A stretch of 63,963 nt of DNA, filler included, from Atractiella rhizophila (lineage: Eukaryota): NCBI GenBank assembly GCA_021432655.1. It is 4 parts of 4 records of this genome, joined end to end, with 100 filler letters (N's around TTAATTAATTAA, not from the genome) between each part and the next. Parts side by side here need not be neighbours in the genome. Positions count along the whole stretch, not along the records: positions 43,801 to 61,902 come from MU271817.1; positions 62,003 to 63,963 come from MU271936.1; 2 more parts are not named here. One strand, written 5' to 3'. The notes beneath the pieces are model-generated. The model was not told the origin of the DNA. It worked only from the letters and a program-made list of their open reading frames with translations, and did not search any database. The position numbers and the translations under genes were made by a program. Shown here piece by piece: positions 61,705 through 63,963 of the stretch; within the stretch, counting starts at the first letter, position 1; the number at the start of each line of letters is the position of its first letter.

Positions 61705-63963
61705 TGTCAGCGCACAGATATCCGGCAGACTTCACACAGCTTCGCGTCCCGTTCATCATCTCATTGCAAAGAGAGGATTGAGATATTTAGTACTCGGTGA
61801 CTTTTAAGGCTCATGAGAAGCATAGCAATCGTTTATCCTTGAATGTGTTATTATGTCAGTTTCGATCTTCTGCATCGAAAAGCTTTCAATTTCTGCAGCA
61901 GANNNNNNNNNNNNNNNNNNNNNNNNNNNNNNNNNNNNNNNNNNNNTTAATTAATTAANNNNNNNNNNNNNNNNNNNNNNNNNNNNNNNNNNNNNNNNNN
62001 NNCATGAATCACTGATCGCAATGTGGGCCGCCGATAGTTAGGCAGTTACGCCGGTTGTCTATGCTCACTCGTCTCAACAGACTCAGATGTGTCTGCCAGT
62101 GTCGTGATGGCACCGCGGCACACAACCACTTTGAACAACTACCAGCACAAGCGATGTTATAACTTGACTGCTTAACGAACTAACGAACACATTGTACCGG
62201 CCATCATAAGATTTCATACCCGTCCACACAACAACATCAAACCTTCAACATTTTGGACGCGATTTCGTCTAGGACGCTTCTCAATTACGGGTTCACAGGA
62301 ATGACCTGGGCATCAGGGCAGCAGTTTGCAGTAACACGGTGGGGTTTCACTCAGGATAGCTTGTGAGTCCGCTTTACTTTACCATCTTAATCATTGTTCT
62401 TACGAATCCCCCTATTAGGATGGCCCCTATTTATCTATCACATTCTGGAGGAACAGTGGCGCAGATGTTCTGCAAGGATATCATGTCCCTCGTCGCGATA
62501 GACTGCATTAAACTCCTAGGCCACAAATGCTTTCCATGCTTGATCAGGCAAGGAAGTACCAAGAATGAGTAAGATATCTCTCGCAAACTCATTCCAAACT
62601 AAACTCGGTTGCTGCCTTCCTCCCTACTATCGTTTCACACAATATACAACCAATTAGAGGTAGGAAGTAGACTGGACGACCTTGATAGACTATGGGTCGA
62701 GGATTCAAAACAAGCTGGTCAAACATCCGTTTACGGTATGGAAACGCGAGATGGCACACTAGATTTTTCCCGGAAGTCACTCAACTTCTTGTTGACGAAA
62801 TGTGCGAGTGCTTTCCTGAGGCTCGAGTCTTGTGTGGGATTATGGAAGGACGGTAAGCTCATGCTGTTTATGTATATCCCTCACCAGTCGAACAGGGACA
62901 TCAACTTTGATAGTCGTAACGTCGGGATTGCTGTGAGCATGTCGAATCTGGCTCCGTAGATGGGCAGGTACGCCGCCTAAGCGGTGTTTGGCATAATATC
63001 ATTTGCCGACGTTGGGTTTTCATTTCATTTAACATGGCTATTTTGTGGATGCAAGATTTGGCATGGCAGGTGTGTGCAAAGTTCTGTGACTGTTCTACTC
63101 TGAATTCTAAATGGTTTCATAGGCGGATTTCCCCACGAAGCGTCAGTATTAAACACAAATGCTCACGCAACCAACAATCTACCCCAGATCCATCAAGCAA
63201 AAACCAAACCGCCCACGCTGGTACTATCTTCCGACTTCCATCTCCCGACTTCATACATTGAACCGCTCAAGGACCTTAGACTTACTTCCACGATCGGACA
63301 AGTAGCTATCAATCAAGCGGCTCTCAAACCTTTAGGACCAATGCTATTGGAGTTAAGTCAAGCAACCTGTCTAGTCGGCGTTGATGGAAAGCAAAGTGGC
63401 AGGACGTCGACAAGGTCAAAATGCTGCAAACGTTGCTTGCAGCAAAAGGTCATATGTCCATATATTCACCTTCTAGACTCTATTCTGACCCTTCTGGCAC
63501 AGGCACGATCCTATTAAAGCGAGTCTGAATCCTCCTGATACCATGTATGTGCTCTCCGAGACTCGAGATGGGATTAACACATATGTACAAAGATACAGCT
63601 GGAAAGCGACTGGCTTGAAGTGGTTCTTTCCCGCACCTCCCAAAGCAGCCGTTCTGCTTCAGTCGGGGTGTGATGCTTTTGGACCTCTGGTTTGCAGCTC
63701 CATTTACCACCGAGTCCCGTCATACCCTGTTCAGAGGCTTCTACGGAGGCAAAGCAGTGTATCGAAGCCACAATCCATCCCGCAAACTACTGCCATTGCT
63801 TAACGCCTTCAAGTCTATCCCAGCCATCAGGATTGGTTCACGCTACCCCAATATTTGCCAATAGATGTCTACAACTGCACCGCTTCTCGTCCAAAATCTT
63901 CAACCGGGATTTTGGCTTCGGACTGAGATATGTTCTGTATTGAGGTTGGGCCATAACGCCAAG

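Overview
Eukaryotic window, most likely from a basidiomycete fungus (short ~50-60 nt GT-AG introns, fungal copia elements). It comes from a draft scaffold with N gaps, three of which contain a TTAATTAATTAA linker. Host genes: VTA1, a RING-type SNF2 helicase, a Rab escort protein (MRS6) 3' part, HSP20, a GH43 glycosidase, an F-box protein, splicing factor SPF45 and a hemerythrin-domain protein. A transposon-rich block (~17.8-43.7 kb) holds two Ty1/copia elements, IS3EU-like, Tc1/IS630-like and Helitron relics, an RTC4-like gene and a putative aGPT-pyrophosphorylase/HhH-fold gene. Main observations: (1) a NADAR gene is split by a ~3.9 kb intron-containing genomic segment flanked by a 21-bp direct repeat, creating an in-frame TPS2::NADAR chimera; a 35-bp-flanked segment and a captured fragment in an intron may reflect the same process. 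(2) Two segments are 'mirror' DNA (reversed but not complemented); reading them backwards rebuilds the LTR, PBS and pre-integrase domain of the adjacent copia element. This is most likely a gap-filling artifact. (3) Both copia LTRs carry an internal direct repeat that frames a GT-AG intron-like unit. (4) Two kb-scale tandem duplications each have a single extra A at the junction and are probably haplotype or assembly artifacts. All family assignments are from motif recognition by eye; no database search was run.
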